Of a stretch of 64,000 nucleotides of DNA, positions 12,689 through 23,235 are shown piece by piece (position 1 is the stretch's first letter; the number at the start of each line of letters is the position of its first letter). The notes beneath the pieces are model-generated. The model ran no database searches, was not told the origin of the DNA, and saw only the letters and a program-made list of their open reading frames with translations. A program made the position numbers and the translations under genes. The DNA comes from Torpedo marmorata (Eukaryota), in the NCBI GenBank assembly GCA_977017645.1, contig OZ360225.1, positions 59,706,001 through 59,770,000 of the forward strand. The letters are read 5' to 3'.

Positions 12689-15600
12689 TTAACAAGTAAA
12701 CTTCAAATCTTCCTCAGATAAAATAGATACAGCTTTTCTTTTGAATTTAACACAAGGCACTTCTTCAACATGTTGTTTCACTCCATTTCTTCTTTCAGTA
12801 TTCCACCTCTCATGTGAAGAATCTAAACTCTTAGAACTAGAATTTGAACATCCATCTGATCCCCCCGATTTTAAACAGGTCTGTTCAACCACTCTGGTTT
12901 CCACGGCTCTCTCCTGCAATTCTAAATCCAACCCCGCAACTTTCAATTCGGTCTCAGTTCCTTCCGAGAAATTAATACTTTGATCTGAAGTCAAAATATC
13001 ATGTGTTACATTGATATTTCCATTGTCAATCCTGTTGCGGCAAACTTGAAATGTTTTAATTTCTTCGTCTTGTTTGTTACATTTCTGCAATGCAGTATCA
13101 CATTCTTCCTGCATTGTTAATTGTTTTGTGTTATTAACCAATAACTTGTTCTCTTTCAAAACATTAATCTCTTCCTCCAACCTTTTACATTTTGATAATG
13201 CTGAATCTCTTTCCTTAATAACTGTATTCATTTCTTCAGCAGTTATTCTTTTCTTCCGCTTTCTGACTTTGCGAGTTTTACTTACAATTAAATCTTTCTG
13301 TTTACTGTTTTCTTGATTATCTAATATTTCCAATTCCCCTTTCAACATTTTGTTCTCTGAATTCAATTGCATTAAATTATCATTCACATTATTCTTTATT
13401 CCATCAGCACAATTTTCTGTGTTTTCCAGTTTTACATCACATTGTAATCTTTCTTCGTTAGCTTTGTCTGTTGTAATCTCTGAACTACAAAATCTACATT
13501 CAGATTTGTTTTCAGTCACTTGTTTTATTCCTGTATTGGATTCAATTACACATGAATGATCAATAGTATTATTTGCAACATCTTCTAATACTTCACTTTC
13601 ATCCATTTCTGACGAAATTAATTCCTTCAATGTTGTTTTAAATACCATTGATTTATTTTCACATTGATCTGTTTTCTTTTCTTCAAAAGTGATTTTCTTA
13701 TTCACAGTTTTTTGCTCTTCGCTTAACTCTTCAACTTTCTCAACCGAAATTCTATTAATATTTATCGCCAACTGTTCCTGAGCAATATCATTATTTCTTT
13801 CCAGTGGTCCATTGATTGTCCAACCAAACTTGGTTCTAATAGCGTAAGATCCATTCCTTTTACTCTCTATTACTTCTTTCCGTTCCAAAACCTTTGGCAC
13901 ATCTGAACCAATCAGCATTTCTATCTCAGAATTAATTTCAGGTAAATAAACCTTCCACAGATAAGCTAAATGATGGATATCCCTTTGATGAGGAATATTT
14001 CCTTCATTCACAGGCATAGTCTTCTGAGTATATACACTTGGAAGATCACAACATTTTTTGTCATCCAATCCAGCAACCTCTAAGCCTGAAACAATGTTAG
14101 TTTCAACAACCTTTTCTTGTCCCATTGTTCTTAACATAATTCTTGATCTTCTTCCTTGAATATTAAGTTTATTCATTAGTCCTTCCGTGCAAAAGGATGC
14201 AGTGCTGCCTGGGTCTAAAAATGCATATGTTTTTACTATTACATCCCCCTTCTTGGCCTTGACTTGTACAGGCACTATTGAAAGTTTGCAGTTATTCACA
14301 CCGGCCCCAGTAAGACCACTTGTCTGAACCGAGGTTATAACATTATTTTCTGTTGTTTCCTTTTCCAATTCCTTGTTTCTGTAATGGATATGCAAAATTC
14401 TAGGATGTTTCAAATTGCATATGTTACAATTAATTCGCTTCTCGCAGTTCTTACTGATGTGTCCTTTACACAAACAGCTAAAACATATTCCATTTTCCTT
14501 TAAGAAAGCGATCTTTTCCTTATGTTCCTTCTTTTCCAATCGTAAACACATTTCCAAAGTATGTCCACCCTTGCAGAACAAACAACTCTTTTTATCAGGC
14601 AAACTTTCCTTTTCCTTATTTACTTTGTCATTTTCTTTACTTATAACTGACACATTAGTAGCAAAAGTACTCCTTTTTACTTTCGGACTAGACTGTGTGT
14701 TAGACTTCTTTACATCTTTGCCCATTGAATTATCTCTGCCATTTCCATATAGTGGATCTGTTTCAACGTACACCCGTCGTTCAAGAAAATTTACCAAATC
14801 CTTTAAGGTACTCTTTCGACCGTAATCTACTTGTAAATCACAAGCCAAATTTCTCCATCTATCCCATAACTTGTAAGGTAATTTTTCTAAGATGATTCGC
14901 ATATTACTATGCACTTCAAGCTCACGAATATTATCGATTTCTTCCATAGCATTACAACATCCTCTTAAAAACAGAGTATATTCTAGCAGAGCCTTTACAT
15001 CATTTTGTTTTATTGATGTCCAATTAAGAGCTTTATCCATATAAGCTAAAGCGATTTGATGCTTGTTGCCAAAATATTGTTCCAGTAAAGCCTTAGCTTT
15101 GTCTAATCCTCTTTCTGAAGACATTTGTTTACAACTCTTTACCAGTTCTTTTGGATGTCCCTTTGTGAACATTTCCAAATAATAAAGACATTCATCACGA
15201 TCTTGACATTTATCTTCAATATTGCGTTTGAAAGATCTCATAAATGATTGATATTGAAGTGGATCACCATCAAAGGTTTGTATCTCTTTTTTGGGTAAAG
15301 AAGAGAGAGACTGTAACTGAAACAATGATGCAGCAATTTCATTTTGTCTTTCCTTGGATGACAATACATTGCTCTGTTCACTGTTTCTTGTTGCATGCAA
15401 TGTATCTGGAAACCTCACTGGTATAGTTTCTTCCATATTTCTGATTCTTGACTCAAATAACGAAGAAGCTGCTTCGTTCGACCGAACCCAAGCCGCAGCC
15501 TTATCTTCAGATGTTACCATTGGTACATGTGACTCGTTACCAATATGCTCTTGATAGGTTTGTCTTTGTATTTGCAAATCTTGTATCCTTGGTTCTACAA

Positions 15601-16363
15601 TATCTATCCTTTTGGTTGGTTTCTTTTCCTGTGACTCTTTTTTTAAATATGACCTTTTATTATCAGACACTTTAGATAATTTACTTCGAGCACCAAATAC
15701 TAATGAGCCTTCTATTGCTTTCTTTTCTGCCTTGGCAATAGCAATGTTTGCTTCCAGCTCCTGCTGTTCCTTTTTCTTTCTTAGCTGCTCTTGTCTCTTT
15801 CTTAGTTGTTGGTTCAGCCTCAGCTGCTCCTCCTTTAGTTCCTCCTCCTGTTCTTCTAAAACATGTTTATCCTTAAGAAATTCTTGTTGTGCAAGAAGAG
15901 CGGCCAATCTAACATCAATCTTTGTAGGTGACGATGCAGAACTTGAAGTACGAGAAACTCTGGAGCTCGAACCAGAACTTCTTTTGCTTCTCCTGCTTTC
16001 AGCATTTGAGACACTGTCACTTGCTTGTATTTCGTCCTGCAGTTCATATGCTGTCTTCATACTTACCTCTTTATCCAATTCGAATTGTATATCCTTTGCA
16101 TCATTTGTTGACACAATTTCAGCCATTTCCAAGTTATCTTCTTGTTCATTTAATGAAGCTGCCTCTTCATCCTTTGCCAGCTTCAGTCTTTCGATAAGAA
16201 CCCTTTTATTTCCTCTTATGTCCTTTTTCAGTCGCTTCAATTCTTCTTTAATATCCGTAACCTTCATGTCTTCAATACGTTGGTCCACAACAGCAACATC
16301 AGCGGTTGCTGCGTCAGCTGCTGATATATCAGTAGCTGCTGTATCAGAGGCTGCTGCTGCCAT
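12689..16363 (-). CDS. BEL/Pao Gag-protease polyprotein with N-terminal SAP domain and atypical coiled-coil C-terminal insert; no RT, RNase H or integrase
   Basis: Uninterrupted ORF (probable ATG at 16363; open frame extends to 16402). SAP-like IEDMKVTDIKEELKRLKKDIRGNKRVLIERL; capsid-like FDGDPLQY (DUF1759-type); three Cys/His knuckles CLFCKGGH, CFSCLCKGH, CNICNLKH; protease AFLDPGSTASF; YAIRTKFGWTINGP. Confidence 0.9.
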   Translation of the reverse strand: MAAAASDTAATDISAADAATADVAVVDQRIEDMKVTDIKEELKRLKKDIRGNKRVLIERLKLAKDEEAASLNEQEDNLEMAEIVSTNDAKDIQFELDKEVSMKTAYELQDEIQASDSVSNAESRRSKRSSGSSSRVSRTSSSASSPTKIDVRLAALLAQQEFLKDKHVLEEQEEELKEEQLRLNQQLRKRQEQLRKKKEQQELEANIAIAKAEKKAIEGSLVFGARSKLSKVSDNKRSYLKKESQEKKPTKRIDIVEPRIQDLQIQRQTYQEHIGNESHVPMVTSEDKAAAWVRSNEAASSLFESRIRNMEETIPVRFPDTLHATRNSEQSNVLSSKERQNEIAASLFQLQSLSSLPKKEIQTFDGDPLQYQSFMRSFKRNIEDKCQDRDECLYYLEMFTKGHPKELVKSCKQMSSERGLDKAKALLEQYFGNKHQIALAYMDKALNWTSIKQNDVKALLEYTLFLRGCCNAMEEIDNIRELEVHSNMRIILEKLPYKLWDRWRNLACDLQVDYGRKSTLKDLVNFLERRVYVETDPLYGNGRDNSMGKDVKKSNTQSSPKVKRSTFATNVSVISKENDKVNKEKESLPDKKSCLFCKGGHTLEMCLRLEKKEHKEKIAFLKENGICFSCLCKGHISKNCEKRINCNICNLKHPRILHIHYRNKELEKETTENNVITSVQTSGLTGAGVNNCKLSIVPVQVKAKKGDVIVKTYAFLDPGSTASFCTEGLMNKLNIQGRRSRIMLRTMGQEKVVETNIVSGLEVAGLDDKKCCDLPSVYTQKTMPVNEGNIPHQRDIHHLAYLWKVYLPEINSEIEMLIGSDVPKVLERKEVIESKRNGSYAIRTKFGWTINGPLERNNDIAQEQLAININRISVEKVEELSEEQKTVNKKITFEEKKTDQCENKSMVFKTTLKELISSEMDESEVLEDVANNTIDHSCVIESNTGIKQVTENKSECRFCSSEITTDKANEERLQCDVKLENTENCADGIKNNVNDNLMQLNSENKMLKGELEILDNQENSKQKDLIVSKTRKVRKRKKRITAEEMNTVIKERDSALSKCKRLEEEINVLKENKLLVNNTKQLTMQEECDTALQKCNKQDEEIKTFQVCRNRIDNGNINVTHDILTSDQSINFSEGTETELKVAGLDLELQERAVETRVVEQTCLKSGGSDGCSNSSSKSLDSSHERWNTERRNGVKQHVEEVPCVKFKRKAVSILSEEDLKFTC

Positions 16364-16742
16364 TTTACTCGTCTTGTTCCTCTTTCCTTCAAGCATACAC
16401 AATACCAGCCAAACAACAGTCCCTAATGGACTAGCGGCAGCAATTCCAATCTGTGTTCTTACTTACTAAAGATACACAGAAGGAGTCCACAGACTTATGC
16501 CAACCACTTCAAATGACTGTAATGTGCTGCAATCCACAAACGAGTTTTTTATCTTCTTTCCTTCTATTTTCTGTTCCAAACAGCCAGCTCTTTGTTGACT
16601 ATGTAGATTGCGGTGACTTCGATCCAACGTTGGTCACCTGGAGGCTAAGTGTGGTCCTTATGTATCTGGAAACCTCACTGACCCTCCTGGCTTCTCCTTC
16701 CTATCCTATTTTCCATTTCAGCGACCTTTCCTGTCGACTTAA

Positions 16743-17366
16743 TGTAGCGACTTCATCCAATAAAAATAGTCGCTTGGAGGCTAAGTTAGGTGTTTGTCTG
16801 CGACGCGTTTTCATTCATTTACCAACAAAGTCCAAAATGTTCAAAAAACCTTTATTTACATTAGACTTGCAGTAATCTTCAGACTTTAATATAAACATTT
16901 CTTGAAATGATGTAAAATAATGTAAAAGGATCTAAAACAATGCAAAAAGGTTATAAAAAGTGTTCCAAAAGTATTAAACGGTCGACAGAGATTGTCGACA
17001 TCTAACTCACCCTCCTCAGGTTTTCAACTGCCGACTCGCGCGGGGGAACCTCTTTAAAAGATTATCCCACCCGCGCATGCTCCGTGGCTACACGCGCTGG
17101 CCCCGGCTCCAACCGCTCGCCGCCGGGGCCGAGACAACCGCGCACGTAACGACCCAGTTCATCAGTGCGCATGCGCACTGATGGATACGCCGGCTCCGGC
17201 TGAAGCCGCCGCCGCTGGCTAACCACGCATGCGCCGCCACGCTCCAGCTCTGCAAGCGGTGGCGGCACTCGCGCGTGCAGTCTTTGGAAGAGGCCCACGG
17301 ACCCCGGGACACCGCCGGCGCCCGCAGCCAAAACAACAGGCAAGTAATGAGCCTATGGCTCTTACA
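16743..17366 (-). repeat. 5' LTR of BEL/Pao element
   Basis: Direct repeat of 11722-12345. Confidence 0.95.
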
Positions 17367-17499
17367 GAGGGGAAGATGCAACGTGGTGGGATCGCTTTGC
17401 AGCTGGTAGAAATGATGATGTGCAGGGTGTGGAGGATGGTGGGGTGAAAGGTAATGACTGAGGAAACTCTACCTCTAGTGGGAGGTCCTCATCTCGATA

Positions 17500-17820
17500 T
17501 CTGTTCCCATCTGCGCACCAGCCTTTCCCTTTCTAGTTCGTTATCACTTTCCTTTCTTGTCAGATACCGTGACCTGCAGCCCAGTAATCATCTCCCAGCC
17601 TCTGTCTCCATCCCCACATTTCTCTTTCCCAGTGCCCACCAACTCCTCCTCAACTGGAGTCACCTATCACTTTCCAGCTCCTGCCTCGCCCCTTGCCCTC
17701 ACCTCTTTGCACTCTCAATCCTGATGCAGGTTCTTGACCCAAAACGTCGACCATCCCACAGATGCTGCCAAGTTCGCTGAGTTCCTCCAGCAGCTAGTTT
17801 CTTTGCTCCAGCTCCCAGCT
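17500..17820 (+). mobile_element. Degenerate PLE 3' tail
   Basis: Pyrimidine-rich UTR, CTGATG...AAAACGTCGAC core, then GCTGAGTTCCTCCAGC. Confidence 0.55.
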
Positions 17821-18069
17821 ACTCTCTGCTGCAGCTATCCTGCGAGCTGCAACATGCTTGCAGGCACCCCAGCAGGTCAATGCGCTGTCTCAGACATCAA
17901 CAGGGCTGCTGACTCCAGAGTAGATCCATGATTCAAACTGAAAGTCTCAGACCATGAGAATTCAGACCATTTATAAGTCCAAAGTTCAGTTTTGCAGTTC
18001 AGCCCCGTTTAAAGAAAGTCTTGCATTTCTGCAATGCTGTTCCTAAATTCCAACCTTTACAGCCCATTT

Positions 18070-18670
18070 TCAAGTCAAGTTAAGACAAGTTCATTGTCAT
18101 CTGATTGCACAAGTACAACCCGACGAAACAGCGTTCTCCGGTCCTTGGTGCAAAACACGCAGACACACAACTAGACATAACACACATACAGACAAACAAT
18201 ACCTATGCAGGACAAGTATTTCATCTATACAAATAAATAAATAAATGTTGTTTCATGAATATGAGAGTCTCGGATGGTTAATGTGAACAGTTCCTTTGGT
18301 CGTTCAGCATTCTCACTGCCCGTAGGAAGAAGCTGTTCCTCACCCTGGTGTTACTGGCTCTGATACTCCTGTATCTCTTCCCTGATGGGAGCAGCTGAAA
18401 GATGCTGTGCGCAGGGTGGAAGGGGTACTCAATGATTTTGCGTGCCGTCTTCAGACAACGATCCCAGTAGATCCCGTCGATGGGGGGAGGGAGACTCCAG
18501 TGATCCTCTCTGCCACTCTTATGGTCCTGTGGATTGACCTCCGATACATTTCTCTGCAGCAAACGTACCACACTGTGATTCAGCCAGCCAGGACGCTTTC
18601 GGTAGAGCTCCGATAGAAGGTTGACATAATAGTGGCCGGTAGCCTTGCCCACTTCAGTCTTCTCAGGAAG
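18070..18670 (-). mobile_element. Rex1/Babar-like LINE 3' fragment
   Basis: HPAHSIFQLLPSGKRYRS...RNSFF motif, as in the 10330 and 25733 copies. Confidence 0.8.
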
Positions 18671-18969
18671 ACTAAGAACTTCCATCACTACAACAGTGAT
18701 GTTATTCTCAACGTAAAATTGAATTTTACATTGAGAATACCATCACTGTTGTAATGTGGGAAAGTCCACCAACTGCTTCGATGGCCTTTTAACAATTTGG
18801 GCTGTCAAAGGCCTCAAGCTTTTTCCTAATTATTTTGGTGGTCAAAGACATTTGAAAGCAGTTGAAAAATACATTTAAAGTTTCAAAAGCACCTGAGACT
18901 GCTATAAATTAAACATAAATATACTTAGAAATAAAGAAAACTAAACAAACAAAGCTAACTAAGAGTGCA

Positions 18970-19300
18970 TGTCACAGTGGTGCAGCTGATTGAGCTGCTG
19001 CCTTACAGTTCCAACAACCCAGGATTGATCCTGGCCTCTGGTGCTGTCTGTGTGGAGTTTGCACATTCTCCCTATGGCCGTACGGTTTTCTTATGTTGCT
19101 CCAGTTTGTTCACCCATCCTAAGCACATGCAGGTCGGCCAGGTAAGTGACCCCCATTGGATGATTGAGTTGTGGAATCTGGAGGGCGGGTTATTGGAAGT
19201 GTGGGTAGAATTTAAAAATGGGATTAGTGTAATTGGCTGCTCAGTGGTTGGTATAGACTCAGAGGGATGAATGGCCTATTTTGATGACATATGCCTGTGA
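18970..19300 (+). mobile_element. V-SINE-type SINE, old
   Basis: TGTCTGTGTGGAGTTTGCACATTCTCCC core with a tRNA-like head. Confidence 0.65.
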
Positions 19301-19369
19301 CTAAACTTTCAATGACGGCTTGGTGGGAGGGGAGCATGGGTTGATTGGGCCATGCTCCATGTGGCTGCA

Positions 19370-19710
19370 TTTTGGAGTAGAGCAGAAGGTCCTCCCTTGT
19401 CTCCTGGTCTATATCTATCCTTCAATCAATATCACTGAAGCAAATCATTTGGCCACTCTCACAATGTTGTTGGATACAAGAAAAATAAAGGGTTATGGGT
19501 GGGAGGTAGGAAAGGTTTAGGTTTTTGAGTAGGTTGATATAGGTTGGCACAACACTGTGGGCTGAAGGGCCTGTTATGTGCTGTAGTGTTCTATGTTCTA
19601 AATTGGCTGCTGCAAATCCCATATTGCAACAGTGACGACTTTGAGGAAATACTTCATTCATTGTAAAGTGCCATGAACATCCAGAAAGGTGCGGTGTGAA
19701 TGCAAACCAA
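19370..19710 (+). mobile_element. Deu-domain SINE 3' part interrupted by a CR1 tail (~19470-19600)
   Basis: TCAATCAATATCACTGAAGCAAATCATTTGG ... AAATTGGCTGCTGC...TTGCAACAGTGAC, as recalled for SacSINE1/AmnSINE1-type elements. Confidence 0.5.
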
Positions 19711-20659
19711 ATCTTACCTTTAACCTCTGACTTGTTGGCTCAATGATGTTTGTGGTTCTAGATTTGGGAGGATTTTGGTTGGTTGAGTTCACTAGAAATT
19801 GGCAATGGGTCAGAATATGTGTCATGAAAAGACTTTTTGCTTGGAAGTAAAATATGAGGAGTGCAAAACCACATCCAATCTCCTGTAAGCATTTGGTAAA
19901 ATTTTGGCTGTGGGATCCAACATCTTGCCTGAAAGAGAAAATGATGCTATGTTGTTCCTAAGTTATTATAACTCACCTTCAAAACTGGCTCAGATCAAGG
20001 TGATTGCAGCAATGTTCAATTTGTTGGTACCCCAAAGTAAAATGGCTGCCTTATTTTTCATCCTGCCTTATGCTTTACAAAGGAGGTCAGGGAAATTAGA
20101 TCCCACACCAAAACTAGCCATTAAAATATCCACACAGTAAATGCTAATCTGTTCATAGCAGTAAATCTCTCCAAGAGAGAAAAACTACCTCAAAGATTGA
20201 TGTATGAAACCCTGTGTTTATCCCCCATGTGAGTGAAACTAATTAAATAACTCTCTTTCCCGCTTTTTGAGACAAGCCTTTTTAACTCATGAATCCATAA
20301 CAATCCCTGCATCACAGGCTGGATTTTGTACTTGAGACCAGAATGACAACTTGCTTTTGCATCTCATTTCCCCGTAGGCATAAAATGAAAGAATAAAATC
20401 TTCTTTGAATTATTTACTTAATAATTCCACAGATTTTTGCTGACCTGATCTAGGGCGGTGAAAGAAAAGGAAAAATCATCCACAGTTTGTAATTGATAAT
20501 TCTGGCTGGAAGTCTGTTACGGCCAAATATGAAGAGATGCTTCGAAAGTCAAACAGCCTGGGCTGGAGAGGACGAGAGGGGAAGAGGGAAAAATGCCTGT
20601 GTTTTTTTTATCTACACTTAAATACAATTTGGAAATATATACCAATCTTGCAAGAGTAA

Positions 20660-21265
20660 GGATCTCCCAGTGCCAGCCACTTGAATTCCACTCCATATTC
20701 CCACACTGACATGTCTGCCCATGGCCTCATGTACTGCCAGGTTGACGCCACACGTAAAATGGAGGAACAGCACCTTATAATCTGTCTCAGCAGTCTCCAA
20801 CCAGGCGGCATTAATATCAACTTCTCCAATTTCCAGCAACCACTCCTCTCAGTTTTCATTTCCCACCCCTTCGCTTTCCCTTATCTCTCTGGCCTATTTT
20901 TTTATTTTCCTCCTTCCCCGCCCAACCCACCTACCTGCCCGTCACCCACACCTTCCTTCCTCTAGCTCCCCACCCCATTCTCTTCCATCCTCCTATCAGA
21001 GTGCACCTTTCTCAGCCCTCCGCCCCTACCCGCATCACCCCATAACTTGTTCCCTTTCTTCCCCCTCCCACATGTATTCACCGATCACCTGCCAGCCGAT
21101 GCTCCTCCTCCACCACCACCCACCCCCCCCCCTCCACTCTTTTATTTGGGCTTCTGCCCAATTCTTAGTATTCCTGATGAAGGTTCCTGACCTGAAAAAT
21201 CGACTGACCATTTCTTTCCATGGATGCTTCCTGACCTGTTGAGTTCCTCCAGCACCTTGTGTATT
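20660..21265 (+). mobile_element. PLE 3' fragment (GIY-YIG tail and UTR)
   Basis: DMSAHGLMYCQ..RKMEEQHLI peptide; CTGATGA...GAAA core at 21174-21200. Confidence 0.8.
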
Positions 21266-22049
21266 GTACCGATCCTCATAGTTAGTGGTGCAGGAACATA
21301 GAGCATATATTAGTAATTCAGACACGTGGTAGAAATGTGTCCTCTTTTGTGTGTGCATAGCAGCTATTGTGTGTCATACACTGCTTCTGAAATCTCGTTC
21401 CATTCATTTTAAATTATTCCCTTCAAGAGCAGTTAGAGATGGGCACATGAATTCCAATTTCATGAAAATTCTTTTCATCTTGAAGTTGAGTGCAGTCCAA
21501 ATTATAACCTTGTCAGATTTTCCCTCCTCTTGCCTTTGTCTCTGGCATAACAGCAGAGATTGGATACATCAATGAGAATTTTTGGAAAGGTTAGGATCAG
21601 AATTAAAAATGAAAAACACTTAACAGCTCAGGCAACATTTGTGGAGAGAAAAACAAGGTTAAAATTCTATGACTTTTCGGCAGAACAGGTTACCAACCTG
21701 AAACATTAACTCTATTTCTCTTTCCATGGATGCTGACTGACCTGCTGAGTATTTCCACCACTTTCTGTTTTTATTTCAGATTTCCAGCATCTGCACTTTT
21801 TCATGTTTTCCAAAATTAGGGTTCGAATTTACTAAGCCAGAATGAAATCCAGCATTGCAGTTCTCCTGATGTTTATTGTTTTAATAGGAATTCCTTCCTC
21901 AGAAACAATTGTTAGTATGTCGTTTTTATCTTGTATTTTCATTGCTTAAAATGCTATCATAGCAATCGCCATTTGTGGTTTGATGGGGTGCCCACTTGTT
22001 ATGTGCCAGAGGGTGTGGTTTATATTTGAGAGCTGAGAACAATGACCTG

Positions 22050-22370
22050 GGCCGTCCCTCCAATGCAGTGCTGAGGGAGTAGCTGCCGTTTGGATGAGGC
22101 TTTAAAAAGAGATTTCATCTGCCCTATCTGGTTGGGTAAAACAACTCCAAGACACTATTTTGAAGAAGCTCAGGGGAGTTCAACTCAGATTCCTGATCAA
22201 TTTTTATCCTCCTGCTTGTAAACAGTTTACATGGCCCTCTCCACAGTGCTGTTGATGAGAGTCTCCCAGTTCAAGACTGTCTGCAACATTTCTTACCTTG
22301 GATTAGTGATTGCACTTCAAAAGTATTCCATTGAATGTGAAGCACTTTGAATCAACATGAAAGACTCCAT
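22050..22370 (+). mobile_element. Ancient Deu-domain SINE (SacSINE1/AmnSINE1-like)
   Basis: TGCAGTGCTGAGGGAGT...TTTGGATGAG...CACTATTTTGAAGAAG..CAGGGGAGTT...CACTTCAAAAGTA matches the Deu core as recalled. Confidence 0.65.
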
Positions 22371-22829
22371 AGGAATGCACTCCCACCCCCAACCTCTTTG
22401 TGAGATTAAAGTTGGCAGTCAGGAGTGCGAGCATCGTGGGCAAGTGGGGAAATCGATAAATGCCAAGTCTGACAGCTGGGGTGCACTTTCCACCATTTTG
22501 CCCACCTTCTTCTGAACTGACTCTGAGAGAGAGACAAAGGGAAAATGGCAGTCTGGGTTGGTTCCACTGGGATCTGTTGAGCTCCTCCAATCACTGTCTT
22601 TTCCTCTGAATATAGCTGCGGCTCAAGATGAGGAAGCTCGAGAGGAATCCAAACATTCTGGACTCCCTCCCTCACCAAGGTGGGGTTATCATTCTGCCAT
22701 CTGAGAAATGGTCTTGACTTGGATTGCTGGTGGGACGCAGTGCAAAGCAGGTCATTTGTGATTCACTGATTAGAGCAATCAGTCGTCCTGGAAGGGTTGC
22801 AGTGCAGGTGTGTGCTTACACCTGCCTGT

Positions 22830-23235
22830 NNNNNNNNNNNNNNNNNNNNNNNNNNNNNNNNNNNNNNNNNNNNNNNNNNNNNNNNNNNNNNNNNNNNNNN
22901 NNNNNNNNNNNNNNNNNNNNNNNNNNNNNNNNNNNNNNNNNNNNNNNNNNNNNNNNNNNNNNNNNNNNNNNNNNNNNNNNNNNNNNNNNNNNNNNNNNNN
23001 NNNNNNNNNNNNNNNNNNNNNNNNNNNNNNNNNNNNNNNNNNNNNNNNNNNNNNNNNNNNNNNNNNNNNNNNNNNNNNNNNNNNNNNNNNNNNNNNNNNN
23101 NNNNNNNNNNNNNNNNNNNNNNNNNNNNNNNNNNNNNNNNNNNNNNNNNNNNNNNNNNNNNNNNNNNNNNNNNNNNNNNNNNNNNNNNNNNNNNNNNNNN
23201 NNNNNNNNNNNNNNNNNNNNNNNNNNNNNNNNNNN
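22830..23235. other. Assembly gap (N run)
   Basis: Run of n. Confidence 1.

Larger units (their letters stand above)
11722..17366 (-). mobile_element. Non-autonomous BEL/Pao LTR retroelement with an intact Gag-protease fusion ORF
   Basis: 624-bp LTRs (11722-12345, 16743-17366), about 3% diverged by manual count; 5-bp TSD GAGGG (11717-11721, 17367-17371); PPT-like AATTAGGGGCCGG on the minus strand at 12346-12358; inserted in a PLE fragment. Confidence 0.95.

Noticed and set aside
15612-16469. 285-aa plus-strand Ser-rich ORF
   Set aside because: Antisense shadow of the Glu/Lys-rich BEL ORF; no independent motifs
16720-16742. Primer-binding site for the BEL element
   Set aside because: Minus strand reads TTAAGTCGACAGG, with no TGG-type tRNA 3' complement; primer cannot be assigned
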